Source of the DNA: Ophelia neglecta
Lineage: Eukaryota
Direction of reading: 5' to 3'
NCBI GenBank assembly: GCA_965285935.1
Contig: OZ260664.1
Location: 61,504,001-61,568,000, forward strand
Length of the DNA: 64,000 nucleotides
The position numbers and the translations under genes are program-made. The notes under the pieces are model-generated. The model saw only the letters and a program-made list of their open reading frames with translations, did not search any database and was not told the DNA's origin. Within the stretch, counting starts at the first letter, position 1. Each line of letters opens with the position of its first letter. Shown piece by piece: positions 1 to 13,391 of this stretch.

Positions 1-699
1 TAATTAATGTGCAGCAAACAAAAAAATGTGTACTGTATATTTTGTACTTTTTTAATCTCCGTTTTATTTCCTTTGTTTAAATAGGGAAACCTTTCCTCAA
101 ACATAAAGTTTTCTAATATTATATACATACTGTCCTGAGTATATCTTACTAGATGTCTAAGCACACATCTTAAGTTCTTAAGCACCCCAGATGAGTAGTC
201 AAGAGGCTAGCCCTTTCTCCAGGTAGTACTATAAATCTCCCTGTTAACAACCTTTGAGTGAAAGCTTACTTTCATCTAATAAGAAAAAACCATCCTTCTC
301 AAAGAATTTAAAATGGTAATGCAGAAAGCATTTTCCACTTACCACCAAATTTAGATTTATCATTCCATTTTTAATCTCAAATTATTAGATTTATTTTTGC
401 ATTCATTACTGGTTACTAGAATATATTCAAATAGGAGAGTAAACTCTATAGTTTGCAAGGAAAAAACCTGGGATAATAGTAGTTAGCTTTCTCTGATGGA
501 ATTGTGGGCACACGTTGAGAAAAAAAAACTGCGCCAGTTCTACCCCATCTCCTTTTCTCATGGAAGAACCTGAAATAATTTTGTCCAGTTGTATTAGTCT
601 TCTGGGCATACATGTTTATAACTAAAACTGTACTTGAAATTATTATAGTTTCTTGGGGTGATCTTGATTAGAATTATGTATAAACTATTATATTTACAG

Positions 700-778
700 C
701 TACTTGTACCCTGATGGGAGAAGTGTGAATCCTGATCTCAGCTATCTGGTACAAGATACCCCAGAGGACCATATAAAG
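700..778 (+). CDS. CBL: Cbl E3 ubiquitin ligase, internal exon (end of TKB/SH2, start of linker); gene begins upstream of the window
   Basis: AG at 698-699, GT at 779. Translates (x)[26 protein letters not shown], matching Cbl FYLFPDGRNQNPDL...PQDHIK. Ends phase 0 and joins the next exon in frame. Confidence 0.93.
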
Positions 779-850
779 GTAAATACTACAGTAACAACAG
801 ACACTTGGTTGATTACATACAATAGTCTGGAGTATGCTGAAGGTACACCC

Positions 851-3472
851 GACTAGTCTCAGGATAGCAGTTAGGATATGATAGGCTTATGTCAGTTGAC
901 TAGCCTCATGAAAGCAGTTAGGATATGATAGGCTAATCTCTGCTGACTAGTCTCATGATAGCAGTTAGGATATGATAGCCTTATCTCTGCTGACTAGTCT
1001 CATGATAGCAGTTAGGATATGATAGCCTTATCTCAGCTTACTAGTCTCATGATAGCAGTTAGGATGTCATAGCCTTATCTCAGCTGTCTAGTCGCATGAT
1101 AGCAGTTAGGATGTCATAGTCTTATCTCAGCTGACTAGTCTCATGATAGCAGTTAGGATGTCATAATCTTATCTCAGCTGACTAGTCTCATGAAAGCAGT
1201 TTGGATGTCATAGTCTTATCTCAGCTGTCTAGTCTCATGATAGCAGTTAGGATGTCATAGTCGTATCTCAGCTGACTAGTCTCATGAAAGCAGTTTGGAT
1301 GTCATAGCCTTATCTCAGCTTACTAGTCTCATGATAGCAGTTAGGATGTCATAGCCTTATCTCAGCTGACTAGTCTCATGAAAAACGTAAGGATGTCATG
1401 GCCTTATCTCAGCTGACTAGTCTCATGATAGCAGTTAGGATGTCATAGTCTTATCTCAGCTGTCTAGTCTCATGATAGCAGTTTGGATGTCATAGCCTTA
1501 TCTCAGCTTACTAGTCTCATGAAAGCAGTTTGGATGTCATAGCCTTATCTCAGCTTACTAGTCTCATGATAGCAGTTTGGATGTCATAGCCTTATCTCAG
1601 CTTACTAGTCTCATGATAGCAGTTAGGATGTCATAGCCTTATCTCAGCTGACTAGTCTCATGAAAAACGTAAGGATGTCATGGCCTTATCTCAGCTGACT
1701 AGTCTCATGATAGCAGTTAGGATGTCATAGTCTTATCTCAGCTGTCTAGTCTCATGATAGCAGTTTGGATGTCATAGCCTTATCTCAGCTTACTAGTCTC
1801 ATGAAAGCAGTTTGGATGTCATAGCCTTATCTCAGCTTACTAGTCTCATGATAGCAGTTAGGATGTCATAGCCTTATCTCAGCTGACTAGTCTCATGAAA
1901 GCAGTTAGGATGTCATAGCCTTATCTCAGCTTACTAGTCTCATGATAGCAGTTAGGATGTCATAGCCTTATCTCAGCTGATTAGTCGCATGAAAGCTGTT
2001 AGGATGTCATAGCCTTATCTCAGCTGTCTAGTCGCATGATAGCAGTTAGGATGTCATAGTCTTATCTCAGCTGTCTAGTCTCATGAAAGCAGGAAGGATG
2101 TCATAGTCTTATCTCAGCTGACTAGTCCCATGATAGCAGTTAGGATGTCATAGTCTTATCTCAGCTTACTAGTCTCATGATAGCAGTTAGGATGTCATAG
2201 CCTTATCTCAGCTGACTAGTCTCATTATAGCAGTTTGGATGTCATAGTCTTATCTCAGCTGACTAGTCTCATGAAAGCAGTTAGGATGTCATAGCCTTAT
2301 CTCAGCTTACTAGTCTCATGATAGCAGTTAGGATGTCATAGCCTTATCTCAGCTGACTAGTCTCATGAAAGCAGTTAGGATGTCATAGCCTTATCTCAGC
2401 TTACTAGTCTCATGATAGCAGTTAGGATGTCATAGCCTTATCTCAGCTGATTAGTCGCATGAAAGCTGTTAGGATGTCATAGCCTTATCTCAGCTGTCTA
2501 GTCGCATGATAGCAGTTAGGATGTCATAGTCTTATCTCAGCTGACTAGTCCCATGAAAGCAGTTAGGATGTCATAGCCTTATCTCAGCTGATTAGTCGTA
2601 TGAAAGCTGTTAGGATGTCATAGCCTTATCTCAGCTGTCTAGTCGCATGATAGCAGTTAGGATGTCATAGTCTTATCTCAGCTGTCTAGTCTCATGAAAG
2701 CAGGAAGGATGTCATAGTCTTATCTCAGCTGACTAGTCCCATGATAGCAGTTAGGATGTCATAGTCTTATCTCAGCTTACTAGTCTCATGATAGCAGTTA
2801 GGATGTCATAGCCTTATCTCAGCTGACTAGTCTCATTATAGCAGTTTGGATGTCATAGTCTTATCTCAGCTGACTAGTCTCATGAAAGCAGTTAGGATGT
2901 CATAGCCTTATCTCAGCTTACTAGTCTCATGATAGCAGTTAGGATGTCATAGCCTTATCTCAGCTGACTAGTCTCATGAAAGCAGTTAGGATGTCATAGC
3001 CTTATCTCAGCTTACTAGTCTCATGATAGCAGTTAGGATGTCATAGCCTTATCTCAGCTGATTAGTCGCATGAAAGCTGTTAGGATGTCATAGCCTTATC
3101 TCAGCTGTCTAGTCGCATGATAGCAGTTAGGATGTCATAGTCTTATCTCAGCTGACTAGTCCCATGAAAGCAGTTAGGATGTCATAGCCTTATCTCAGCT
3201 GATTAGTCGTATGAAAGCTGTTAGGATGTCATAGCCTTATCTCAGCTGATTAGTCGCATGATAGCAGTTAGGATGTCATAGTCTTATCTCAGCTGATTAG
3301 TCCCATGATAGCAGTTAGGATGTCATAGTCTTATCTCAGCTGACTAGTCTCATTATAGCATTTAGGATATGATAGGCTAATCTCAGCTGTCTAGTCTCAT
3401 GAAAGCAGTTTGGATGTCATAGCCTTATCTCAGCTGTCTAGTCCCATGATAGCAGTTAGGATATGATAGGCA
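851..3472. repeat. 47-bp tandem minisatellite, ~56 copies, in a Cbl intron
   Basis: Consensus GACTAGTCTCATGATAGCAGTTAGGATGTCATAGCCTTATCTCAGCT; period 47 (CAGCTG at 1081 and 1128). No unique spacers, so not a CRISPR array. Confidence 0.98.
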
Positions 3473-3834
3473 TAATTTGTCAAGAAATTACAAAGGATAC
3501 AAATGACATTAAATTATGGTCAAATTTCAACTTCTTATCAAGGTGACTATGCACTAGCTGTTTGAAAAGAAGGGGTTTAAAATTTTTCATGAAAAATGTG
3601 GGGCCCAGCGCATAAAGGGGCAATTTATTTGGGGTCCTTAGTAATGTTTACCCAAAAAAAGGATACCTGGACGGCGTAAATGCAAACCACGCTTTTGTTT
3701 TACTATCAATTCAACAAACAAAACCTACTGCTTAAAGTTATAATATTTGTTTAAAATAAATAGTAAAAAAAGTGACTTTATCTTGTATTTTGTTTTTTAA
3801 GCGGATTCAGCATTTTGTGTAATTTTAATTTCAG

Positions 3835-3975
3835 GTTTCACAAGAGCAGTATGAGCTGTACTGTGAGATGGGCTCCACGTTCCAGCTGTGTAAGATCTGT
3901 GCTGAGAATGACAAGGACATCCGTATAGAACCCTGTGGTCATCTACTCTGTACCCCATGTCTCACTGCCTGGCAG
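3835..3975 (+). CDS. CBL: Cbl exon: linker helix and N-terminal RING finger
   Basis: tttcag acceptor, gtagg donor, 141 nt. [47 protein letters not shown] contains the two linker tyrosines and the C3HC4 RING. Confidence 0.97.
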
Positions 3976-6728
3976 GTAGGCCTCCTACTTCACTACTCAC
4001 CTAACACCTCTGTGTGTGTGCTTACCCTGTGTGCAACATTATACCCCATCCTCGCATCGCTGATTCACAAAGCAGAACTTTCTTGAAATTAATATCATTG
4101 CAGGGGTGTACACCGTCATTAGTACACGGTATACTGTAGCTCCGGTGATTAACTTTTGGTTTTCAAAAAATGTAAGGTAAAAGGCTTTGATTCAATAATA
4201 TGTTGGTAAATTGATATATTTGGTGTGCAAACTTCTTGCAAAGCCCATCGTATCTGTTGTTTATGTCCATTACTACTTTGCGGACGGCAAACCCCGCTGA
4301 TACTGGATACAACACTGTTTCAGTTTACGGTGGTTTTATATGCATGCATCGTTTCTCATAAGTAGTATGTAGGAAATGTAATAAGCAGACAGGAAGTCAC
4401 CCCTCAATGGTGGCAGACAATTGCGGAAATTCATAATTTAGGGATATTTCCTGGGAAAATGTGAAAGAAATTGATTTCTATAACTATATATTAAATCAAC
4501 CATTCCAGTGTTCGCCCCAAAGAAGGTTAAATTTTAAACCTCTATACTATAAAAGGCAGTTTAAAATCAATTTCTGAAAGCAGGTTCTAATCTTAAGATT
4601 AATATGCAACTCTTTTTTTTCAAACACTAGTTATTTTGTAAGCTAAAACCAGACACACTGTTCGTCTTTAGTTTGTTTGGAATGTGGTGATATATTCTTG
4701 AAACTGTGAATTGGGACCACCTGTTTAGATGGGTTATCTTACAATTTAAGTATACATAAAGGTCTCCAGATAGGTGGTCTGAAACAACAGGTTTTGAAAT
4801 TAAAATTTGAATACTTTGCAATTACCAAATATAACTGCACGGTTAAACGCATTTTCCCAACACTTTCTTGTACCAACTTTTAATAAGATATTGCTTGAAA
4901 GTATTTATAAGTGACGGAACTCAAAATTTATATCTTTCTACATGTATTAACTTGCTGAAAATGTGAAATTAATTTATGTTTTTTGTGACCATAGTTTGCT
5001 AGTAACAGGTTTCCTGGAATTTTTTTTCATGATGGATTTTACTCACAAACACAAAATGTCACACTTTCAGTTGCTCGTAAAATTTTCGCTTTTATAGTGT
5101 CCTATTTGCTGCTTAAATGCATGGCAGAGACAAATTATTTTTTTCAGCAAATTATGCAATCCTTTGCTTCTCCAAGGTGAATCCAGTTAGGTTACTCCTA
5201 ATGGCTGGCGATCACATCTGCTCAGAAGGACTAGCAGATAATTGACGTGGCAGCATACTGAGCATAGCAAAATAAAAATTGAGGGTGGTTGAAATTTGAT
5301 CGAAAGGTTTATTATTATATTAATGTTGACTGCACTGATTGGATTGCCTTAAAAACTGTTGTTTTATGTTCGTTAAGATAAAGCAGGTAGACATTGAGTC
5401 TGACAACAGGTTCAGGCAATCTGAGACATCTTTGCTGACTTACAACAGGTACAGTCAGTGAAGCTCGGGCACAGTGTACATTGTGTACAATGATATGTAA
5501 TTGATACTATACCACTTCATGCAATGTAATGTAATTTTTTGTTCCTGTTTATTTCATGACTGCTTGATATTAGTTTCGTTTATATGCTTAGTTTGATGAT
5601 TTGCAGCCATTAATATACCACTATATGCTACACATTTGTTTATTTGCTGTTTACTTCCTCTTTTTTTATTATATGACTATTTGATGAGCTACCGTATACA
5701 CTGCTGTCTAAAAGGGTGTGTAAAAACAAACCAGGTAGACTACGAGTCTGATAACACGTTCAGGCAATCTGAGAGGTTATTTTTCTGGTTGACAACAGGT
5801 TCAGACAGTCCAGCTCATTCTCAGACAATGTCATAGTACTAGTATATGATGTGTTCTTGATATTGGACATGCTGGCGATCCCTTCTATCCATAAACTCAT
5901 CATTCCACTTCTCCCCTCTGTCATCCCATCTCATCTCACCAGCACATCCTGTGTATACACAAGTTATTATTATATTGAATTTTTGGAGAGTGTCCTTTTA
6001 AACCCTTACCTTTTGTACAATCTAAGTAATGAAAATAAATATATTTAAACCAATATTGAACTGTATAGGTGAATCACCTTGTCTGTCCATCCCCCTGTGT
6101 ATAAGGCCCCCCCCCCCCCTAAAGGGAGTGCTATCCCTACATCTCTCCTACCGATTGATCAGCATTATGTGTAAATGTACATGTACATGTACATGTAGGT
6201 GGCATGAAGGAAGAATTTTCGGCATCCTCTATTTTGACAGAGTTTAAGGTCCTTGACACTTAGAAGTTATTAACATTGTAGTATGACCCCCATCAGCCCA
6301 ATTCCTATCACATCAGTTGGTAAATATCATTTATAATAACCCCTACCCACGTACATCATTTTGAGCCAATTTAGGAGTCACCTTGTTTGTTGATTCATCA
6401 ATCTTTAGGTCTGTGTGTCTGCCAGTCCTTAATCTGGAGGAGGGGGGGGGGAGGGGGGGTTATTAGTCAACATGTTCTTTTCCCATTGAATCCGATTTTT
6501 AAGAAAAATGCCTCATGAAATGGCTAATCGAGACCATTATGCTGTGGTCAGTTGAAGGGTAACTACCAAGGCTAGCGGGTTGTGTATAAATTTTCAGGTT
6601 TATTGAACTTTTATAATCGCACCAAACTTTCTCATGTACAAGTAAAAATGGTACTTAGATATATATGACAGTTGTTTTATCCTTGATGTATAATAAGACT
6701 GACCACTACATCTCTGCTCTCTCCCCAG

Positions 6729-6893
6729 GACTCGGATGGTCAAGGCTGCCCCTTCTGTCGTGCCGAGATCAAGGGAACTGAGCAAGTAGTAGTGGATCCC
6801 TTTGATCCGCGAGCCACAGCCAGAGTGACCAGCAGCATGAACCGGCATTCTCCTGGAAATAGCAACCCGGACGACGACGACGATACCTTTGAA
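6729..6893 (+). CDS. CBL: Cbl exon: C-terminal RING and RING tail
   Basis: Pyrimidine-rich ccccag acceptor, gtgagt donor, 165 nt. DSDGQGCPFCRAEIKGTEQVVVDPFDPR...DDDDDTFE. Confidence 0.96.
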
Positions 6894-9464
6894 GTGAGTG
6901 CAAAGCTTGTTACCATTTTTATTTGTAAACGGAATGCATATTATATATTTGTTTTTTCCTCTAATATTTATTGGTCTTTTTCAAGACAAAGGTAGAATAA
7001 AAGTAGTAGAAAAATAGTACAGTAGTATGCTGGCATGATCTGTTGTCAGATGCTGCTGTTTAAACAGACTTTTTTTCTGTGTATATATATATATATATGT
7101 ATATATTGTAATTATTTGTAGAAAAAGTTACCGTATCCCATAAACCTATGTTATAACATCAAATGTTATTTTCTCTGTTCAAAACTTTTATATTTAGTCC
7201 AATCAATGAACTTTTAATATCTTTTAATAAAGAAAAATAACAGATATTTTAAATGGTAATAATATATATCTAATGTCCTATAAACAGGATTTTTGTGTCC
7301 AAAGTTTTGTTAAGTAAAAAAGATAAAAGTTTTGATTTCCCTTTGCCAAATTCAACAGTCTATAAAATACTGTTAAATTCTTTTTCTTGTGCATAGGCTT
7401 GGTTTCAGAACACAACTTATTTTTCCAAGCATTTTGGGATGCCTGTTTTTTTTTATGTGAAATACGCTACTATTGCAGATACAACACACATTCAAAATTT
7501 GGCCTCCTAAGCCCTTCTCACCTACTTTTGTTTTGTTTATATGGAAAAGTCAAAATCCTTCCTGTAATGAAGAAAAATTGAGGTGTCCCCTATCAAATAA
7601 TGTGTCTGCCTTTAGTCGAGCAGCTATTGCTTAATGGTACATTGGGAGCATGTAAGACACCTCATGCTATGTATGGATATTGATAAAAATGGTGACATTG
7701 GCTACCAGTATATGTTCAAGGCTAAATAAGTGAATTTGGAGGGGGGGGGGCAGAAATTTCAAATTAATGGCTAAAAAAGCTGTTGCTGTATATTTGATAG
7801 TAGCCTGGACTTTGACCTAGTATGTTATGGTACTGGGTCTAACCAGAAATGATCCCAGCTGGGGAAGGAACCCCAGTTAGAGACTCCCGGTTTTATTTAG
7901 AAAATTGCAACTTTAATATCTTCTCAATATTTGCCTTTAGGTTGACCTAGATTTTTAACATCAAATCACACATTTAAAAAGGCCCATTGCCCACTTTCTT
8001 GAACTTGATGGAGCTTAGGATGGTGTTGTCCACCCAGCTCATATTACTAGTCACTATGTATTGACCGTGCGGACGACCCCCTTTGCTTTGATTTGCCTTT
8101 TGTCAACCGGTCAGCAGACTTGTCACCTTTCCCTTTTGCCTGGCGCAGAGGCGTGCTGTATTGACACCTTTTAAATGTTGTGGTTTTTGGCTTTTCCAAG
8201 AAATGCATGAACTAAAGAGCTTTAGAAGATATAGGAGAGTATTATGCTCAAAATGATGAATTTTTTGTAATCTATGTTTGGCTTAATATTTTGTTGAGCT
8301 TCAATATTCAGTGACATTTATAGAACTGAGGTCTAGAGACCGACGTGTTTAAATCATTACTTATTTATTTGAGTAGATGTGTGCATGCTTCAGCCTACTT
8401 CTGCTTATACTGCTCAGTTGCTGTTATTTCTACAATGTTATTTGGTTAGCTGTTCAGACAATAGCAGCCTGTATTACATCGTAGCTCAACTACTGTAGCA
8501 TGTTTATCAAGTGTAAAACAGGCCAGATTGGTAGAATTTTTTGTTAAGAAGTATTTTATAAAAGCACGCCAAAAAACATTGGTTCTCATTAATTGTAGAC
8601 CTAAAATTTTAGAATAGGAAAAGTTATGCCACCCAGCCCTGGGCCTCTGCCTACCATCTCCCCCCTCCCCTCCCCCCCCCCCCCCCGCTCACTTGACACC
8701 CTAAGCCTCCCCCCCCCCAATATTTGCTGCATGTTATGACTAATGTTATGGGAATGCAGCCCTATGGAAATAGATCAGAACATCGACTGTTCAAGAATGT
8801 ATAAGGCATGAAGTTAAATTTTGCTCCATTTAACTAATAACTGTTTAACCATGAATCATTTACAATCATTGGTGTGCTGTCAACCCAATAATATTTTATT
8901 TAGCATATTCTGGTTCAGCCTAAAGTCATAAAATTATGTGAATTTGAAATTTACACAAAATTTCATCTAAGCAGAATTCGGTGGTAAGACCAAGGTTGCT
9001 AAATTTAGCCAATTTTGGTAAATAAGTTCCATTTAAATGTGAAAAAACATGGATAGCTGTGAACAGAAATAGGCCTACAATACAAGTATATGAACTAATG
9101 TTAAAACAATAAATATTGAGCTCCAGTTTATGTTGATAGGCTCTTGTTTCTTGTTCACATAGTGTTACTCCTCAATTTGACATCTGTCTATATTTATTAC
9201 ATTAACACACTAGCCCACTAGTTTCAAAGCATGTGGTTGTGGCCAGTATGATAGTTAAGCAGTAGTCCATGTTTTATATCTATATTTTCTCCCTCTATTG
9301 TGTGTGCACATCTGAGTGGTACTCATGTTGTAGAGAATTTTGTGCTGTTTGTACACAGCCTGTATGATGCCTGTGTGTGTGCAGCCCTGTGTGTACACTG
9401 GATGTCAATCTGATGTGGGAGAATGATGTGCTTCAAGTCACTCGTCTATATACTTTGTTTTCAG

Positions 9465-9530
9465 GATCCTTCCCAATGGTTAGCGTCTAGTAATTTACAG
9501 TCTCTAGCCTTGTCCCCACGCTCAGACCAG
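9465..9530 (+). CDS. CBL: Cbl exon (long isoform)
   Basis: tttgttttcag acceptor, gttag donor, 66 nt, phase 0-0. DPSQWLASSNLQSLALSPRSDQ is open in frame. Confidence 0.75.
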
Positions 9531-9972
9531 GTTAGACATATACATCTACTTAGAAATATATTGTAATATAACTGTATATATTAGACAAAATACTGAATAA
9601 CACAATGAGGACATTTTGGCTGCTATTTTCTCTTAGCTCTGTCGTAGTTAACAGTCATTGATTTTTGCTGCTATTTTTGCCATTTGCGTTATGTAAGATG
9701 TGCAAGCACTGGTGTCGGCCGAGTGTTGACAGTAATAATTGTAACATAGAAAGTTTCCACTTTTTTAATGACAAATACATGTATTTATTAATAGTTGCAG
9801 CACCAATTAATTGTAAATAACTAATCTCTAGTTAAGTTGTGAGTAGACATTTGTAAGTAGTTATAAGGCTGTAGGTTTGCAACGTTTGGTAAGGTACCCA
9901 CCAAGTTTCTCTCCCCAAATGGCTGGTCTTATTGCAGAAATATCCCATTTCATTTTGTCCTTTTCTTTACAG

Positions 9973-10112
9973 CCGAAGCATTCCCCAGTGAGTGGGTCAC
10001 CTCACATGTCCCCGAGGGTGTCGAGGAGGGAGGCGCCTGCTCCGCCACCCCCAGTACCCCCTCGCCGTCTCTCTCCAGCGTCTTCCCCACATGGCTCTCC
10101 GATACCTCCCAG
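9973..10112 (+). CDS. CBL: Cbl exon: proline-rich region
   Basis: ttttctttacag acceptor, gtatg donor. PKHSPVSGSPHMSPRVSRREAPAPPPPVPPRRLSP... contains a PPVPPR SH3 ligand. Ends phase 2. Confidence 0.9.
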
Positions 10113-10580
10113 GTATGCTGGTCGTCAAACTCTCTTTTGAGTGGTAAACGCTGGCCATCAAATGCCACTATCATTTCTCTCTTGAGGCCAAATAATGAGG
10201 GAATAAAAAAAAGTTCAAATTAAAGAAGATATCAATCATAATCCCAATGAAAAAATAAATGAATGTTGAAATTGCTTGTATATGTAGCTCATTGGTCTAG
10301 AAGTATCTACTCATTATGATTAAACCACACAAGGGAGGTATAAAATATTGTATTTGTTATCTGGCCCAGAATCGGCCAAGTACTAAGGGACTTCATCTGT
10401 AGTAGTATTCCCCCACCCCCACCCCCCCACCCCCCTCCACTGCTATACACTACCAGATTTTGTTTATCACGTACATGTAGACTGTATAAGTCTTGACTTG
10501 TATAGATTAGACGATTTAAACATTTGAAATATTTACAGTCTAAAGTTAAACATCTAAATGTTCAAGCGTTAATTTTTAAG

Positions 10581-10843
10581 GAGACAACTGCCACCTTATC
10601 CCCCTGCTGCCAATGGAGAGAGACAACTTCCAAGTCAATGCCTGCCGAGCGAAAGTGACTCCGATGATGACTCTGAAAACCTTATAGACATAGGAAAACA
10701 CATAGATATCCAGAAACACATCGCCCAGTTTGAGAAGAATTGTTCCTCTTCGGCCAGCAATGTGCCGAGTGTCCCGGAGAGGAAACACATCCAGAAGAGT
10801 TCTCTGGATGGCTCCACAGAACACCTGTCAAACAGTGCTCAAG
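10581..10843 (+). CDS. CBL: Cbl exon: Pro/acidic region (donor uncertain, 10843 or 10888)
   Basis: tttttaag acceptor; phase 2 gives RRQLPPYPPAANGERQLP...SDSDDDSENL...VPERKHIQ. Two phase-1 donors are possible (AG|gtgaag, AG|gtggca). Confidence 0.8.
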
Positions 10844-11545
10844 GTGAAGGGGACATATCTGGGAGTTCTCTGGCTACTGGGGCACCAGGTGGCATATTAA
10901 ATGTTAAGAAGGCACCAAAGTATAGAAAAACTGAAAGAGGGGTCCTTTTAGTGAAAAGTTGACTTTGTTTACCTACCATAGATTGTTTGTACTATAAGGC
11001 TTTCCCTGCTCAATCCACTTTATGTGTACTGGTATGTCACCACACCCATATGGTGGTCACTAGCTTGACTTTTTCATTCTTGTACAATATACCTAACATT
11101 TAGGTGTTTTAGCATAAACTTTGAGTGCCTGAAAATAAAATAGATATAAAATGAACCAAATGCCAATTTATGTAGTTTCTTGAATCAAATGCATCTAGAC
11201 ACATATGCACCATGTGGGCCATTCGTATCTTAAGTTGGATATAGTTTATATGTTATCTATTGTACTGTCTATTTTTATTTACATGGGGATAATAGTAGGA
11301 AATAAATGGTTATTGAACTTTACTTCATAAAAATCTTCCAGGTGAATGGGTTCCACCACTAGGAAACCTCGTTCTTAGCAACAATTAGGTTGTATTGAAT
11401 GAATGTGCTCTCTCTCTTGATTCTTTATTTTATAGTTTCATGCATTATTGTTTAAAAACAGTTGTCAAAATTTACCACAGTCATATCATAATATATGTGT
11501 ACTTTTTTTTAATGTTCATTTACAATAATTTTTTTTTGTTACTAG

Positions 11546-11704
11546 ATACATCCAACAACCCCAAAAGACTTCCTGAGCTGCATGATGTGCCATATGATAC
11601 CCCTCCCATGGGGCCGCCTTCAAAGCTGATAGAGGAGGTGACAGAGCAGGAGGAGGAGGAGGAGGATGGGGAGTCTCCTTACCAGAATACTAGCTTTACT
11701 GGGG
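11546..11704 (+). CDS. CBL: Cbl exon with tyrosine motifs (YDTP, YQN)
   Basis: Poly-T/actag acceptor, gtaaag donor, 159 nt, phase 1-1. DTSNNPKRLPELHDVPYDTPPMGPP...EEEEEDGESPYQNTSFTG. Confidence 0.85.
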
Positions 11705-12363
11705 GTAAAGCAAATCAAAACAATCAGAATAATAAATAGGCTAATCAATAGGCTTACTGCATTCAGAAAAAAACCTACACAATACTAGAACACTGGGATT
11801 TATTGTTAGATAAACGAAATATACAATACTACAATACTCAGTGTGCTGGGTAGGTTGAGCAGTACCCAAGCTTCTATGGTGGTAGTAGAAATTGCTGTAA
11901 TAATGTACCTCTAGTTGCCCATGGTGAACTCATGGAGTAGGAAAAAGGACAACTTCCAAATATTAGAATGAATAGAAAAATGTAAAAGAGCCAAACAATA
12001 CATTTACTAGATACATGTAGGAAGCTAATACTACAATTAGTTATAGAGTACTAAGTTCACAGATGTAACCAGAGAGAAATGCCGTGAAGTATCCGAGCAT
12101 ACCTGGTGATTGTTTTTCAGATCAGAATTTTTTTTGCAGAAACGGCATAAAATGAAATGCCAGTTTTGATTCACTGAGGAGGCTAAACAGGAGTCAAAAT
12201 AGAAAGCTGGCTGTATTAGTTTAAACATAGTTATTTGTTCTGGGTTCTTCTAATAGCCAAGGAAAATGAAGAGGGGTCCTCAGACTTGGATTAAGTAGGA
12301 AAATTCCAGGGGTACCAGAAACACTTGGGGAGCGTTGGAAAGTGTGGTGGGGTGGGGTGGTCA

Positions 12364-12540
12364 ACTGGTCAACCCGGTGTCAGTATAATGTGACTGGGTG
12401 GGGTTCCCTGTCTGGTGTCTATGGCAGGTACTCCAGTGAGGCAGCACTATAAAGAGGGCATTGGGCCCACTGTCACAAGTAGGCACCGTGGCGCTATGAC
12501 CATACAAGTTTTGAAGCCACGTAAAACTCAAAATAACCCA
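12364..12540 (+). mobile_element. SINE fragment (central and 3' part) resembling molluscan Meta/MESC-type SINEs
   Basis: Highly similar over ~150 bp to 34883-35036 (ctggtcaacccggtgtcagtataatgtgactggg...aggcaccgtgg). Family assignment is from recall. Confidence 0.7.
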
Positions 12541-13119
12541 CCCAAACTTACTTCAACACCATTTAATATATTGATCGTATCTTTAGCAGTTCTGGGTTAC
12601 ATCCCTTTGTAAGGGTATTCAAGCCAATCAAAGTAGTCCAGTGGGGGGGGGGGGGCAGGGGGTGCTTTCAGAGGGTTGGTACCGGGCACAATCCAGACAT
12701 TGGCCTTGTCAACTTTGGAAAATTTGGCCCCCCCCCCTTCCTGAAATCTCGAATCCGCCACTGTGGTCATTGAAATGGGGCTCCTAGAAACATTCACAGT
12801 GGTATATATCTCTTGCCTTAGGTCTCTCGTGGCAGGAAATGGTGTATGTTGATTAATATTATTTGTAAAAGTTAATCACTATAAATATGGAATAATGCGG
12901 GGATTTTGGGGTTGCTTAGAGGGTTGAAAAACGAGCTGCTTGTACAGTGGTGGGCAGGCCCAAAACCCAATATTACTGCTAGTTAGTCCTTACTTGACTG
13001 CCAGTTCTCTAGGTCCCTCTTGTGCTGGGATAAAGCAGTTTATGTTGGTGTCAAATAAAGCAATTTTATTCATATACAATTGTTTTGCAAATTTCCTCAT
13101 TCATACTGTTCAATTTCAG

Positions 13120-13201
13120 AACACAACAGTATACGACGTGTGCCCAGTGACTACGAGTTCCCTCCAACCCCTCAGCCAAAAACCATCTCCAAGCCCAAAA
13201 A
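13120..13201 (+). CDS. CBL: Cbl exon with DYEFP motif
   Basis: tttcag acceptor, gtaagt donor, 82 nt, phase 1-2. EHNSIRRVPSDYEFPPTPQPKTISKPK; this is a different frame from the listed ORF and is phase-compatible with both neighbours. Confidence 0.85.
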
Positions 13202-13391
13202 GTAAGTCACATGTACAACACGTCTGTAACAAGGTAATGTATTGTGGCAGGGTGTTCAACATCCAAAATTAAATTCCATTTCATTCAATACATTTTTTGA
13301 TGTCAACTCTTATTTTTAAGTAATCTTTTTTATTGAATTAAAAACTTCATGGTTTGAGTTGACTCTGAAGTGAGTATGTTTTATACTTCAG

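Noticed and set aside
851-3472. CRISPR-like array
   Set aside because: Contiguous 47-bp units without unique spacers, in a eukaryotic intron, with no cas genes.
11342-11388. Extra or poison Cbl exon (GEWVPPLGNLVLSNN*)
   Set aside because: Weak acceptor, in-frame stop, not needed for phase continuity; no supporting evidence.
12940-13272. Listed 110-aa ORF as the Cbl exon frame
   Set aside because: Splice phases require another frame (EHNSIRRVPSDYEFP...).
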